A stretch of 64,000 nucleotides of DNA from the NCBI GenBank assembly GCA_951406725.2, contig OX597814.1, forward strand, positions 16,058,001-16,122,000, given 5' to 3'. This DNA comes from Octopus vulgaris. Taxonomy: Eukaryota. Made by a program: the position numbers and the translations under genes. The notes under the pieces were generated by a model, which did no database searches, had not been told where the DNA came from, and saw only the letters and a program-made list of their open reading frames with translations. Positions 39,351 through 54,501 of this stretch are shown one piece after another (the first letter of the stretch is position 1; each line of letters begins with the position of its first letter).

Positions 39351-42004
39351 CGATGTCAGAAATAGTATACACTCTTATATCTTAACTATCTTTCATGGAC
39401 GTATTAAAAAAATTTTCAGTTATATATAAGCTATATATTAGATCTTTGATATATAGGAAGCAATCTGCATTGTTAACAAATAATGATAATCAACGTTATA
39501 AATCCATATTTTAAAAATGTATGTATGTTTATATTCCAGATCTTTTATTTCTGATGCATATGATACATTTTTCATTTGTTTACACATTAGTTATATAGTG
39601 TATAACAGTTTTTCATTGTGTACATTGGTTATATTAACCTTATTAACCGGAATTATTTGCTGTACCAGAAGTAGTTTAAGATAGACAAATATATCAGTTA
39701 TAAAAACGTAATATTTTACAGTAAACCATATGATGAGACGTCATTTGAGCACTTTGAACGAGCCGAAGACTCACTTATAATGACTGATTCAGTAAAACTT
39801 CGTGACACTTAGTAGAACGAACTCTTCTTACGAAATCTACTAAGTTGTGTTACCAAGTCTTTCTCGCAGTTAGTTTTAGAATATAGATGAAAGTGTTTTC
39901 CGATGTTTAGGCAAGACGTTTCAGAACTCACACAAACAAATATATGCATACACACACATGCACTGACACTTATACAATATTATTAATCTTGTTTGAATAG
40001 AACCAAAGGACCGAAAATATTTTAATATGTGACCGAAATTTACTGCTTACTTACAATGTAATAAAAACGCTAGAATCTAATTGTTCAAAGACTACCGATT
40101 TAATTCCACAGTATCGAAACCTCATTCTGAATGTAGCACTATTTCAACCTGCTCAGAATCAAGAGAGAACATTCATAGACAGATTTATAAATGCTGCTTC
40201 AAACTTCAAATTTAGTAGGGGTTTCTTTCAGTTTCTATTCAAAATAATTCAAAATGCAGGCTACTGAAAATTTGACCTGCTAAAAATAGTATCAAATCTT
40301 CAGAAACTATAGCCAGCTGCCTTAATGTAAGATACGTTAGTTAATGTATTACCTGATGTATTTAAGACTGGGTGTCAACGGCTGGAATGCATTTGATCAT
40401 AAGTCTGATTAAAACTGAAGTCAGGCAAAAACTACAACCTATCACTGGTGGATTTCTCATTAACACGTATGACTATACAAGTAAATAAACTGAAAAGCAC
40501 CAGGTATGTGCTGTTCGTTTATAATGAAGAAAAAACTACATGGACGGATATGCGGTATGGTCTTTACCTGCTGTACAACCTACCAGCTAAGGTATGTTTG
40601 TGATTCACTCTCAGTGCATTCATATTTCAAAAGCAAACGTGAATTGAAGCACTCACAAGAGAAGCAGCAATCAATACTTCATTCCATCACATAAATATAA
40701 TGAACGAATAAAATATTAATTGAATTTATATTAATTATGAAAAGTAATTCAATGTCACATATACTTAACGCATAGAAAAAGTAAAGAAATCTAGAAGAAA
40801 TGTGGTTTCTATGAGAACCTGAAAAAAAAAACAATCACATCTTTCACAGAGAAAAATGAAAAAAAAAAGCCGAAGGCGTTTTATTCAGTATTAGAGGACA
40901 ATGGTATTAACAAATATAATGTAATATGGGGATTCCGTTCTTTAGACAGAATATTATTAGACAATACTGCCACCCTAAGAAAATAGGCAAAGTTTTTGTG
41001 TGGAGATACACTTCCCTATTGTTCTTTTTTTTTCTTTTTCTTATCTAAAAACATAAGCAACAACTAGATCTAGCAGAAAGACAGCTAGATAGGCAAGCAG
41101 AAAGAAAGCAATTAATTTTTGCCTTGAGGTGATGCCCTAACATACATATTACCACATGCTATGAATTCAATTATTTTCTGATAGAATATTGTAGAATATT
41201 TCTAGTTGTCTTGATTGTATTTTTGCGATTCATCTTTCATCTTTTGCTATATGTGCCTTAGGGAAGTTGTCTTCTTTTCTTCAACACACGAGTTGTTTTT
41301 GATCAAGGATTTTTGTTGTCATTTAAAGATTTTTTTTCTGTTTTCTTCTCTCACATATTTCTCCCTTTCTTTTAACAGCATTTTGTTTTGCTTTGTTATA
41401 TATATATATTTTTTATAAATTACCCTACAAGATGATAGTCATCTGTTGATGAATGATTTCAGTTAGGACAAGCAGCGTTCTAATAGCAGATCACATAACA
41501 CTGATGCTACTAGGACTTTAGAATTGCTCTAAAGGAGTTTCAATATATCTCCTCGAACGCACCTCCATTAATTTCTTGGCCATTTCTATTACTCACGCAC
41601 CAAAATTTTTCTAGTAGCAAAGTGTGTAATTGTTGCGGGACACGTCAAAGAAGAAAATTTAAAAGCCTGCTGGATTCAACTCGATCATTCTTTCGCAATG
41701 ACATTTCATATAAAGAATATTTTCTCAGTGACTACGTGTTTATTATTTTTCATATTTTTATTTAGTCATTTGCACTATCTCCTTCACTATACTCTCTGTA
41801 GAATTTCAACTGTCCTTAACTATCCCTTCTCAATCCACGAATTTATATTTTTCGAGACTATGACGTTCCTTAAATTCATTTCATAAGATTAAAAAATATA
41901 TACAAATTGGTCCCTGGGAGTATCTCTTTCATATTGAGTGTAGTTTGAGGTAATAATGCTTGATTTTATCACATGCCACAGACATCTGTATATACATTAT
42001 GTTA

Positions 42005-42270
42005 TCTATTATATAAAATCTGGTCTATTTGTATGTGTGTGTGTCTTCTAGGATCTCGGGCATCCTCCATCCGATTGCGCTCAAATTTGATATATATATA
42101 TACCGACCGTATCAGGCCGTGTATAAGTTTTGAAAAAAATTACAAAAATCGATTACAGGTGGGAATGCGATCGATAAAGCCGTGGGAATATGCATTTGTA
42201 ACTGCAAGTACATCAGCTGTTGCGATGTACTGGTATTTTAAATTCTTCGGTTGCATATTTGTGTGAATAA
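42005..42270 (+). mobile_element. 5' part of a non-autonomous Helitron
   Basis: A|TCTATTATATAAAA start, TG tract, ccgattgcgctcaaattt; 3' end not found. Confidence 0.55.
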
Positions 42271-42395
42271 AATCGATTTTCTTTGGAATAGAAAAAAAGT
42301 CAATTTTTGTGTATATATATATATGTGTGTGTGTGTGTGTACGTGCAGTTATACACACGCACACGTACACACACACATACACACACACACAGATA

Positions 42396-42605
42396 CAAAA
42401 GAGGGTGCTGAAAAGTTCCTAGCTTTTGGAAAAACGAAGTTCAGGAGGATCAGCTAATTACGGTTCTATTCAACATATTCCCCTCTCAGTTTAATAGACT
42501 TATTGTAGTGGTCCTTCAGTTTTTCTAAGCTCTGTAAAACAACTGGGGAGGTTAGATCTCCAACCTGACATTTCACGATACCCTTACAACCAGGAACTTT
42601 TCAAA

Positions 42606-42614
<9 letters not shown>
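42396..42614. mobile_element. mariner-derived MITE
   Basis: Imperfect TIR gagggtgctgaaaagttcct / aggaacttttcaaatccccctcg; TA at the left flank. Confidence 0.7.
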
Positions 42615-42683
<69 letters not shown>

Positions 42684-43442
42684 TTGTATTAATTACTCTA
42701 CGAGATAAAAGAATGAATGAAAACGAATATAAATTATTTAGTTTCGTAAGATATAACACTAAAGCGCCCAAGAGAAATCATTGTCGCGATAAAGATAACG
42801 TAAATTAAAAGGACTGTCGGAATCACTTTTTAATGAAGAATACAAAAAACAATTATTGATGTAAAAGAATAATGAACAGAAGCTGATGAAGTAATTTATG
42901 TCTTTATCACAGAATGATAAAACAGAGAGAAAGAAAAATAGAGAGAGTTTCACACAGTGAAAGAGACCGTTTGGCTGATAAAGATCTAAATCAGCCAATC
43001 TCATCTGACTTTTCCAAGCTTATTTTCATCACAACTAAGTTTATTTTCTTTTTGCTGTAAACTTGAGTTGAACCTAAAAAGATATACAAAAAATAGTCAC
43101 GTGAGGTAAGATGTCTGTACATGTTTATAGTCTTCAAATTACCTGTGAATTTTGTCTGTGTGAGCAAGTGGGTGATGTCCAGAAGGGGAAAATTGCACTA
43201 AATAGAAATAGACGCACAAAGAGACAGACAGTGTGAAAGAGAGAACATATAAACTTCAGAAAAAATGTAAGAAATCTGTACAGTTCGTTACATTTAAAAA
43301 AGGAAACCGTGGTCTCTTGCAAGATCTAAACGGGTGCATTCTGCTTTGGGTCGGGAGAAATTTGTTACTAGTAAATTTTGTTGTGTGTGCTATATTGTGA
43401 GTTGTGTATGAATAACTGTATCCGTAATTCATATATAACTGT

Positions 43443-43829
43443 GGATGGAAGCACTCCGTCGGTTACGACGACGAGGGTTCCGGTTGATTCGAATCAACGG
43501 AACAGCCTGCTCGTGAAATTAACGTGCAAGTGGCTGAGCACTCCACAGACACGTGTACCCTTAACGTGGTTCTCGGGGATATTCAGCGTGACAGAGAGAG
43601 TGACAAGGCCGGCCTTTTGAAATACAGGTACAACAGAAACAGGAAGTAAGAGTGAGAGAAAGTTGTGGTGAAAGTGTACAGCAGGGTTCACCACCATCTC
43701 CTGCCGGAGCCTCGTGGAGCTTTAGGTGTTTTCGCTCAATAAACACTCACAACGCCCGGTCTGGGAATCGAAACCGCGATCCTATGACCGCGAGTCCGCT
43801 GCCCTAACCACTGGGCCATTGCGCCTCCA
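43443..43829 (-). mobile_element. SINE family A
   Basis: TSD atatataactgt at 43431-43442 and 43832-43843. Confidence 0.94.
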
Positions 43830-44027
43830 CTATATATAACTGTATCAGTAATAGGTGAAGCTTCTGCATTTTCATATCCTAATAATGAAAATGTATGAGC
43901 TTATTCCTAGTTTTCCTGTCCTTGAAAGTCTATTGTGCCCTGGCAAGTAAACATACCAAGAAAAGTAAATTAAAGATCCACCAAACAACTCTGTAGTGAA
44001 TTTTATATATATAGCGGGGAATTAGCA

Positions 44028-44365
44028 TACGAGGGGTGTATGAAAAGTTTTGAGCCTAACCTAGGTAACTGAAACAGTTTTTTTCTGGTAAGTACAGTCT
44101 TTCTGGAATATTCTTGCTCATTTTCATGATTCTGATATTTTAACTTGTTTTGTTGCAGGTTTTTGAATAAACAAGTGTCGTGGTTACAAGAAAAATAGAG
44201 AAAACTGAGTATCGTGCTGTCATAAACTACCTTCATTTGAAAGACATGACTCCATCAGAAATCCATGAAGATATGTTGAGAACCTTAACAGACAATGTTC
44301 CTTCATATGCAACAATCAAACGCTGAGTTCCAGTGTGGCAGGGAGAGTGTGGAAGATGACCTCCT
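44028..44365 (+). mobile_element. 5' end of a mariner element (TIR plus HTH-coding remnant)
   Basis: TA|CGAGGGGTGTATGAAAAGTTTTGAGCC; EKTEYRAVINYLHLKDMTPSEIHEDMLRTLTDNVPSYATIKR*...CGRESVEDD. Confidence 0.82.
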
Positions 44366-44649
44366 ATATCTGGGTATAGAATTTTTTTATAAAATCAATT
44401 TCTTTCATGGGAAAATAAAAATAAAATCAGCATTACAAAACTGTTAAAAAAAAGAGTTTTACACAAGAAAACAATTACTTCAATAATCATTTATGTCCTC
44501 AAAAAACTTCAAATGTAAAGAAATAGAGGAAATAGAACAATTAATTAGTAAGATGATATTTTATGACAAACTCTAATTTCAACAATTAGAAAATACTATA
44601 CTCTCTTCTAAGAAAACCAAATGGTAGTATGAATATTTGGAAAAAGTAG

Positions 44650-44830
44650 CGAGGAAGCAGAATCGTCAGTACTCCGGGGGAAATGCTTAGCAGCATTTCT
44701 GCTGGGGTCCGCACTGCTTTTCATCATTTCAGGGTCAATAAAATAAGTACCAGTTGAGCACTAGTGTCCATGTGATCGACTTATCTCATCCCCCAAATTG
44801 CAGGCCTTGTGCCACAATTTGAAATCAATA
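44650..44830 (+). mobile_element. Diverged SINE family C
   Basis: gaaatgcttagc...ttttcatcatttcagggtcaataaaataagtaccagttgagcact. Confidence 0.7.
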
Positions 44831-45384
44831 TAGTGTACTTGATCACAAATAGTTAAGACATTGAAATAAGATATAATCAAATCTATGGAACTTCTTCATT
44901 GTTACACAACCAAACAAATGTCCTTCAAATATCACAAACTATTAAGCTTAAAATGAACGATACACTTGATAATACAGTCATGGACACATAAATGCGGTCG
45001 TGATTGGAATGCTTTTGATCATAGGTCTACTCAGCGAGGTTTGATATTTCAAGACACATTAAGAAGAATAGAAATAGGCTACAGAAAGGCAAGTTTTGAT
45101 GTTGTGATTTTACAACACAGACATTAAATTTGGTACATTATTTCCTAGAGGCATATGCTGCGACCGCTTTACAGTTTACAGACGATTCCATAATATGATA
45201 ACGAAATGAAAATAGTGCACATGCTTGCATATCCACACAAACACTTACACACGAACACGCACATGCACCCCTAGATACATACACGCATTTTTACATGCAA
45301 CCTTACACACACGCACACACACACATATAAAGGTACACATACCACATATCTGTTTGCATGTATAACACAATTATATTAATGTAA

Positions 45385-45613
45385 GGCGGCGAGCTGGCAG
45401 AGACGTTAGCACACCGGGCGAAATGCGTAGCCGTATTTCGCCTGCCGTTACGTTCTGAGTTCAAATTCCGCCGAGGTCGACTTTGCCTTTCATCCTTTCG
45501 GGGTCGATAAATTAAGTACCAGTTACGCACTGGGGTCGATGTAATCGACTTGATCCGTTTGTCTGTCCTTGTTTGTCCTCTCTGTGTTTAGCCCCATGTG
45601 GGTAGTAAAGAAA
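45385..45613 (+). mobile_element. SINE family C, full length
   Basis: GGCGGCGAGCTGGCAGA head; TSD tatattaatgtaa at 45372-45384 and 45616-45628. Confidence 0.93.
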
Positions 45614-45629
45614 TATATATTAATGTAAT

Positions 45630-45836
45630 AGTCCTTTCGATTATAGGCAAAAGGCCCGAATTTTGTGGTGGGGGGGGTTGGATCTAGTCGAGTACGTCGA
45701 CCCAGTGCGCAACTGGTAGCTATTTTAGAGACCCAGAAAGGATGAAAAGCAATGTCGACATCAGCGGAATTTGAACTTACAATGCCGTTAAGCATTTTGT
45801 CCCGCGTGCTAACGATTCTGCCAGCACACCGCCTTA
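45630..45836 (-). mobile_element. Diverged SINE family C, tail-to-tail with the previous copy
   Basis: aaaggatgaaaagcaa...gcggaatttgaact...gtgctaacgattctgccagcacaccgcc. Confidence 0.8.
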
Positions 45837-46443
45837 AAGTAAAGTAATATCCGGAATATGAAATTTTACAATGCAAACGCCAATTTGTTATTTCATTCCC
45901 AATGAGAAGACTGATAATATTCATAAGCGTTCGAATTTTTAAAATATGCTAAACCACCGGTTTTAATTGATTAATATCAATATCTACCCTTAATTAATTT
46001 TAAATAAAAAAAAACCTTCTCTAACCGGTAAATTCTCTGCTGTAGTCTATTTACTGCAGAGTAGTTTCGGATCTCAGCGCGCCTAAGTGCAGGCATTTGA
46101 AACATACACATAAATATAATTTGTAGAACTTTATACATGAGGGATTTCGGTTGAGCGTTCGGTATATAGTTCTGGAAATTGTGTTTTGTAAACGACAGAC
46201 TATGCTGATGATCTTGCAGATATTTGCGTGTCCATATACGTAAATATTAACAATTGAAACCAATGGTACATAGATAATCGATTATTATTTCGTATATTTT
46301 CATTTGTCTTGCTTATTTTTACATTTTGTTTTTTTTATTTTGCTGAGATTTTTCTTGAGAACAGATTCTTCGTTGTAATGGCGATTTGACGTCCATGTCT
46401 AGCATATAGGCTGTCCAATTTTAGTGATCAGTCCTCTAAATTT

Positions 46444-46491
<48 letters not shown>

Positions 46492-46519
46492 CATACATAT
46501 ATATATAAATATATATGTA

Positions 46520-46563
<44 letters not shown>

Positions 46564-46974
46564 TGTATGTATGTAGGTATGTATGGACGTATGTGTGTAT
46601 ATGCTTATATAACTTAGATAAAATTAGTGAAGCCATGTCTAACTAATATGCAAATACACATGTGCGGAGACGCGCACCCATGCACGGATACAAGCACTCA
46701 TGCACATACATTTGAATTGTACAGAGGTGCGGAGGGGACTATTTATTTAACATGTACCATGCTTCGAAGTATAGTACTTGGGAAGACTTCTTCGACTAAA
46801 TCTTTCAAGGCGGTACCCTAGCATGGCACTGTCCAATGGCAAAAGCAAGTAAAACGATCAACCACCCACCCAAACCCACACACACATACATGCACACACC
46901 TGTCTCTCTATGTATACGTCTCTCTATGTATACGTCTCTCTATGTATACCTGTCTCTCTATATATACATCTATG

Positions 46975-47096
<122 letters not shown>

Positions 47097-47104
47097 CTCT
47101 ATCA

Positions 47105-47136
<32 letters not shown>

Positions 47137-47612
47137 GTATGTATGTATGTGTGTATGTATGTGTGTGTATGTTTGTAACTACACACTCCAATCAACACAC
47201 AGACACATACGCTCGTGCACATAGGCACACGTGCGCACACACAAACGCGTGCACGCCCACACACACGCACGCGCACACACGCGCACGCACACACGCGCAC
47301 GCACACACTACTTTTATTATTTCGCACATTGCTAAAAGATGCCTCGCATTTTGTTGTTGTGATTATATTACCTAATAATGAAAACTATTTTCTGGAGATA
47401 TTGGTTAGTTAGCGAATCTTTAACTTGATCAGTGTGCCTGATAGTCTGCTGACGGATTTTTCAATAGTTGAATGAATCTTTCATTATCCAGTAAACGCGC
47501 GAAATATTGGTGCGAATTTGTCTATATAATCACTTCGAATTCTCACACGCACGTGCGCGCAGACAAACACACATATGCATATACCTATTAGTTATGAATA
47601 TATGTGTGTCTT

Positions 47613-47695
<83 letters not shown>

Positions 47696-47955
47696 ATGTA
47701 TATATGTATATATATATACGCACATATATATATTAGATATATGTATAGATAGACATGCACACATATACACACATACACGCGCACGTGCACACGTACCTAC
47801 ACATATATATAGAGAGAGATACACACCTATATGTATATATATACATATACACACACACACACACATATATATATGGACTTATACACACGTGTGCTTGTGT
47901 ATATGTGCATACATGTGCGTGCATATATATGTATATATATCTGTGTATATAAATA

Positions 47956-48008
<53 letters not shown>

Positions 48009-48165
48009 TATATATACATATATATATATGTGCTACAGTTAAGTTCCTGATGTCCTCCAATCGACTAACACTCTGATAGGTCTTAATTATACTATTTTCT
48101 CTTCTCTCTGACATTCATCCTGTTCTATGTATTTCTCACCCCACTCTCACCCACTTTCTCTTACT

Positions 48166-48198
<33 letters not shown>

Positions 48199-49071
48199 TG
48201 TACGCACGCGCACGCATACACACAAATTACTGATTCCCTTGCTCCTGTACTTTCTAAGTATGTCATTCTCCTGCATAATATCTCGTTTTCTTCCTTTCTG
48301 TTATTCCCTCCTAACTCTTGCTTACATTCTTTCTGTCTGTCTCAGTTACTCTCCAGGAGCCGTCTATCCAACTGGCGTGCCGTGTAACATATGCTCAGTT
48401 AATCCATTGTTTGAATGCTTCCACCTCCTGTTATAGGTAATGAGAAATTTGTTAGGTTTTGTCATCGAATTTGAAGTCAATTTTCTCCTGCAAGCCTGAA
48501 TATAACAGCCTTGATGAAAACTTCTTTAGGCTACGGTTTCAGGCTGAAGTAATATATGGAACGTCATTAATACAATAATCTGCGGTGAACACCGTAAAGT
48601 AAGAGGTAACGTCCTGGTGAGATGTGTCCGCCGGGGTTTCGATTTCCGGTTGACGCTAATTAATTTCACTTACGCTGAAAATGATCCTTTGTTTAACGTA
48701 TGAACATCACACTACCTCATTTACCTTTTGCATAAATTTTAACTTTGTATGTATACTAGAAATCCATAATAGAGAATATTGTCCCCGTGCCTTAGAAATT
48801 TTGTGTACATGCCCAAGATGTAAATCGAAAAAAATTAATGAGAATCGATGTAAGATTTTAATTTGACTGAAAATATATTTTCCAAAATTGTTATACGTAG
48901 ACATTCTGTAACAGAAATTCCAGCGCATTTATATATTTACTGAAAAATCTAATGTATTTGAGGAAGTGGTATTATCAACCAATACCTTTTACTGTATTGT
49001 GATACAACAAAATCATACATTTCGAAATATGTAGAAAATTTTCTAGAAAGGAGATACTTTAGAAACGTATT

Positions 49072-49460
49072 CTTGCTAACCAGCCACATGGTTCCGGGTT
49101 CAGTCCCACTGCGTGGCATCTTGGGCAAGTGTCTACTACTATAGCCTCGGGCCGACCAATGCCTTGTGAGTGGATTTGGTAGACGGAAACTGAAAGAAGC
49201 CTGTCGTATATATGTATATATATATATGTATGTGTGTGTGTGTGTGTTTGTGTGTCTGTGTTTGTCCCCCTAGCATTGCTTGACAACCGATGCTGGTGTG
49301 TTTACGTCCCCGTCACTTAACGGTTCGGCAAAAGAGACCGATAGAATAAGTACTGGGCTTACAAAAGAATAAGTCCCGGGGTCGAGTTGCTCGATTAAAG
49401 GCGGTGCTCCAGCATGGCCGCAGTCAAAATGACTGAAACAAGTAAAAGAGGTAAAAGAGG
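49072..49460 (+). mobile_element. SINE family B, 5'-truncated
   Basis: Near-identical to 2077-2454. Confidence 0.92.
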
Positions 49461-50379
49461 TATATACTGTGAGTAGAAAAAGTTAATCCTTCGTGCATGA
49501 TCTTTATAAATTCTCAGTGATTGCATATCCAAGCTGTTCTTCAAGGTAGCCTTTTTTTTAAGAATTAAAATTCATAATTTGTGTATCATATTCATAATAT
49601 AATAACTAAAATCTTAAACATGCTAAAACGAATAATTGCTTCAAATGGCGACACTTCAGTCATTAAGCAGTTTCTTAAAACTGAAATATATCTTACACAA
49701 TAGCATCAGCCATAACTTTTGTAGACCTTCGTGGATCAAAGACGTCCCTGACACAGATCAGTTCTGAAGATTGACACATGCCAGGGGAGGTAACTAGTTG
49801 AAAAATATTGAAAATGAAACCCTCGCAAATTTTAGGAGAAAATTTCTAATGCGTATCCGACGTATTAATTGCTGTAGAGAATGAGTACAGGAGAATAGAA
49901 TGAACCAACCTGCTTCATTGCGGATGATTGTAGCTTGATATTGCCATTGTATGCATGCAAATATAGTACAAAAGTGAAGAGATATACAGAAAAGAAAAAA
50001 ACAGTAAGTTTGCTTGGCACTTAGTTTAGCATACAAGTTGGCCCTTGAGAATTAACCAAATTAATTTTGCTGGACTGGTTGTGTGTGTGGTAACATTTTG
50101 AAAAGTATTATATGATATAAATGAAAAATTGCACAAGAGATTTGAAAAGACAACCATCTTCTAATTAAGGTTGCAATATTTCCTAACCTCAGAAAGATGC
50201 ATATTCTTTGGGACGCAGTTACAAGTTTAGGGTTACTTAGGAGTAGTAATCAAATTTGAACATATTTCGCAGCTTTGAATTTCAGGATGTGCTTATAAAT
50301 GGATGAATAATGTTGAAGATACTTTTGTATCTGGAAGATAACCCTCTCCTTTCAAACTTCATAAATATTCTTTTCTACT

Positions 50380-50578
50380 CTAGGCACAAAACCTAAAATT
50401 TTTGGGGAGGGTACCAGTCAATTAGATCGGCCGCAGTACGCAAATGGTACTTAATTTATCGATCCTGAAAGGTTGAAGGGCAAAATCGACCTCGGCGGAA
50501 TTTGAACGTAGAAACTTAGACAGAAGAAATAACGCTAAGCATTTCGCCCGGCGTGGTAAGGTTTCTGCAGGATCGCCA
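50380..50578 (-). mobile_element. Diverged SINE family C
   Basis: ggtacttaatttatcgatcctgaaagg...tcgacctcggcggaatttgaac...gctaagcatttcgcccggcgtg. Confidence 0.8.
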
Positions 50579-50798
50579 TCTTTAAACAGTGTCGAAACTC
50601 TCAGTAACATAAACAGTGTTTTAAACGCTAATTATTTCAGCTTAACTTTTTAAGTAACAGAAAAATTCATGATGTGAAAATATATCTCGATCTTTGATAA
50701 ACTACTAACGAAAATAAGCTGCCTGGTTGTTTAATACAATATTGATTCAGCTAGTTTTGAATGTTTTGCATGTGATTTCATAATTCTTTCAAATCCAG

Positions 50799-50844
<46 letters not shown>

Positions 50845-51007
50845 TACTTTGCAAAGATTTTAAATATTTAATTGCAATATTTGAGTTTGAAAATTGAAGA
50901 TGATGATGATGATGATGAGAAGAAGAAGAAGAAGAAGAAGAAGAAGAAGAAGAAGAAGAAGAAGAAGAAGAAGAAGAAGAAGAAGAAGAAGAAGAAGAAG
51001 AAGAAGA

Positions 51008-52515
51008 ATGATAAGCAAAGCTAGACAGAAGAACTAGGAATGAATTAATTTTGAATTGAGGACTCAACACAAGGGCACGTGTAGCAAAATTACACTTACT
51101 TAGAAAGGAAGGTGGATGAGGGTTAATATTAGTAGAAGAATGCATGGAGTTAGCTAGAATAGATATACACTCTTATGCAGGTAATAGTGAAGAAACTATA
51201 TTAAGAGATACTAGAGTGATAACAAGACATAACGAAACCCAAAAGCCAAACGAAATTAAAAATCAGAAAAAAGTACAAAAGTTATTTGACTGGCAGGAGT
51301 AGGCTTTGCATGGTATATTCTCAAAATATAGTTGCAGCAAATAGAATTAGTGAGACATGGTTATGTTTACAGAAATGAAGACTGAAAAGGGAAACAGAAA
51401 ATTAGTAAGTAGCAGCATCAGATCAAGCATTGGATTGGAAGCACTCCGTCGGTTACGACGACGGGGGTTCCGGTTGATCCGATGAACGGAACAGCCTGCT
51501 CGTGAAATTAACGTGTAAGTGGCTGAGCACTCCACAGACACGTGTACCCTTAACGCAGTCCTCGGGGATATTCAGCGTGACACAGAGAGTGACAAGGCCG
51601 GCCCTTTGAAATACAGGTACAACAGAAACAGGAAGTAAGAGTGAGAGAAAGTTGTGGTGAAAGAGTATAGCAGGGATCACCACCATCCCCTGCCGGAGCC
51701 TCGTGGAGCTTTAGGTGTTTTCGCTCAATAAACACTCACAACGCCCGGTCTGGGAATCGAAACCGCGATCCTACGACCGCGAGTCCGCTGCCCTAACCAC
51801 TGGGCCATTGCGCCTCCACTCATCAAGCATTAAGGACTCATTGGATAAGAGCCAGGATAGACAAAAATCAAGTAGATTCCCAATATAGGTTATGCAAATC
51901 AATACAGAAAAGCGTTACTCATATAGTAAGGGAATATAGCATACTGGCACAGAAAGAATATAAGAAAAGACATTACAACAAAGAGAGTGTAATCTACTGG
52001 GAGTTATGTAGAAAGTTAGGATTTGAACATACTGATAAATGCTATGAACATGACCCGAGTAAAGTACTAGAAAGTGAGAAATATAAAATGTTGAGGGACT
52101 TTAACATCCAGCCTGACAGAGTAATAGAAGTTAGAAGGCCTGATTTAGTAGCAGCAGATAAAAAGAATATAAAGTACCAGATAATTGACTTTACAGTCCA
52201 AAAATGATGTGAGAATTAATATGAGAGATATAGGGAAAATAAAAACGTGCCAGGACCTAGCTATTGAACTACAGAGATCATAGAAAGTGCAGGTAAAAGG
52301 TATCCTAGTAGTTATAGGTGCATTAGGAACTAAAGATTTGTTTAGATGGATAGAGAAAATAGGCATAAAACCCAGTTCCTTACAGTAGCAGAAAAGTCTT
52401 ATTAGGGACAGCTAAGATACTTACGAGGGTTCTTGGCGTCTAAGGTTACTTGTTGTAGCCCAATATTAGGAATTTTTTTTCTTTTCTAGCAGTCTAATCT
52501 GCTGTGTGCATATGA
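51008..52515 (+). mobile_element. Older, decayed R4/Dong-clade LINE 3' fragment, interrupted by a family A SINE
   Basis: RKEGG*GL, DQA|LRT, LAQKEYKKRH...IYWELCRK, DFNIQPDRVIEVRRPDLV...IIDFTV, VVIGALG; followed by (AAT)n. Confidence 0.82.
51432..51818 (-). mobile_element. SINE family A
   Basis: TSD atcaagcatt at 51422-51431 and 51822-51831. Confidence 0.94.
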
Positions 52516-52550
52516 ATAATAATCATAATAACAACAAGAACAACAACAAC

Positions 52551-52603
<53 letters not shown>

Positions 52604-52620
52604 TAATAGTAATGATAATG

Positions 52621-52681
<61 letters not shown>

Positions 52682-52699
52682 TATTATTATTATTAAAAT

Positions 52700-52872
52700 C
52701 CTTTCTAGAGAAGGCACACGGGCCTGAAAATTTGGGGGAGTGCTACTTATTTTATTGATTCCGACAGGATGAGAGGCAAAGTGGACTTCGGGCAGAAATC
52801 GAACTCTGAGAGTAGCGGCAGTCGAAATAAGGCTAAGCGCCTTTTGCCAGACGTGCTAACGATTCTGCCACC
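52700..52872 (-). mobile_element. Diverged SINE family C
   Basis: aggatgagaggcaaagtggacttcg...gaactctgag...gtgctaacgattctgcca. Confidence 0.7.
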
Positions 52873-52972
52873 ACCTCACAAGCTTAATAATAACGGGCTA
52901 CAACAACAACAACAACAACAGAGATAACGACGAAAACAGAGATAACAACAACAACAACAACAATGATAATAC

Positions 52973-53007
<35 letters not shown>

Positions 53008-53678
53008 GTGATGATAATGTCAGTGGTGGTGAGGAAAACAATGCTTTCGTTATATCAATAACTATAGCTATATATATAAAGAATGTCATTTATTACAATA
53101 TATCTTTATTAGGCAAATCAAAAATAGACTTTTAAAGAAACAATACATGTTGAAACATTTTCGCATTTTCAATCTTTTTTGCTGAAAATTAAATGCAGTC
53201 ATATAATGTTTGTTATTCCTATAATTGCATTTTGATAACTAACTATAGTTGTGTATGTGCGTTATATGAAAGCTTTCGGATTTGTTTCTTTTTCAACTTA
53301 TCAAACCAAATAAATGACTTTTTAAATAAAATTACAGATAAGAAAGCACAAAAAGTTGCAGAACATATATTCCTAATTGAGTAATGTTGTTATTGTTTTT
53401 TTTTTTTATTTGTTTGTCATTATTCTACATATAATATAATTTTGATGTACCACTTTAGAGAACAGTTGATAGGATGTTGGCATGATGGAAGTCAGTTTGG
53501 GAGTCAGTTTAGAGAAAATTAAATTAAAAATAATGTTTAAATCTCACACACGTTCAGACAATCGTGTGTGTGCGTTCGTGTGAATATTTATGTATACATA
53601 AATATATATATGAGAATATACATGTATATATAGATACAAGCACACACACACACACACACACATATAAATATATATATA

Positions 53679-53747
<69 letters not shown>

Positions 53748-53754
53748 AATCAAT

Positions 53755-53797
<43 letters not shown>

Positions 53798-54254
53798 CAT
53801 ATATATACTATGGACACTTTGGAATGTACAAGTGTATGTGTAAGAGCGCCCATACAGGCATCTGTATTCGAATTTAAATATATGCATATGTCTGTGCCAT
53901 ATATAGTTGAGCGTGTATACACTCACACAGATATATGAGTGTGTGTATCAACCTGTGTGTTCGTATACGTGTATGTGTATATACATACGCACACACATAG
54001 GGAAAGGCGCAATACGATCAGAGTGGACTTAATGTGCAACTGTTATTCAAAAGAATACACTTGATAATAGTTAAAGATAAAACTACCAAATTTCAAAGAT
54101 TGATAATATTTTAAATTCAATTATAGATAGAGCAGCTTATTAAAATTAAAAAAACCTCTCATATAAACACAGTATTAATGTGCTATGAGTATATTTTTCA
54201 ATAATTGTCAGTATATATATATATATAAATATATATATAAATATATATATAAAC

Positions 54255-54286
<32 letters not shown>

Positions 54287-54304
54287 GCATATATGTATAT
54301 ATAC

Positions 54305-54354
<50 letters not shown>

Positions 54355-54444
54355 GTACACTTACAGACATATATATATATATATACGTATATATATATGT
54401 ACGTGCATACATACGAACATATACATATATACATACATAATTAC

Positions 54445-54501
<57 letters not shown>

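Noticed and set aside
40441-40597. Open frame ending at AAG|GTATGT as a possible exon
   Set aside because: No clear acceptor or homology, and it begins within an old repeat tail.
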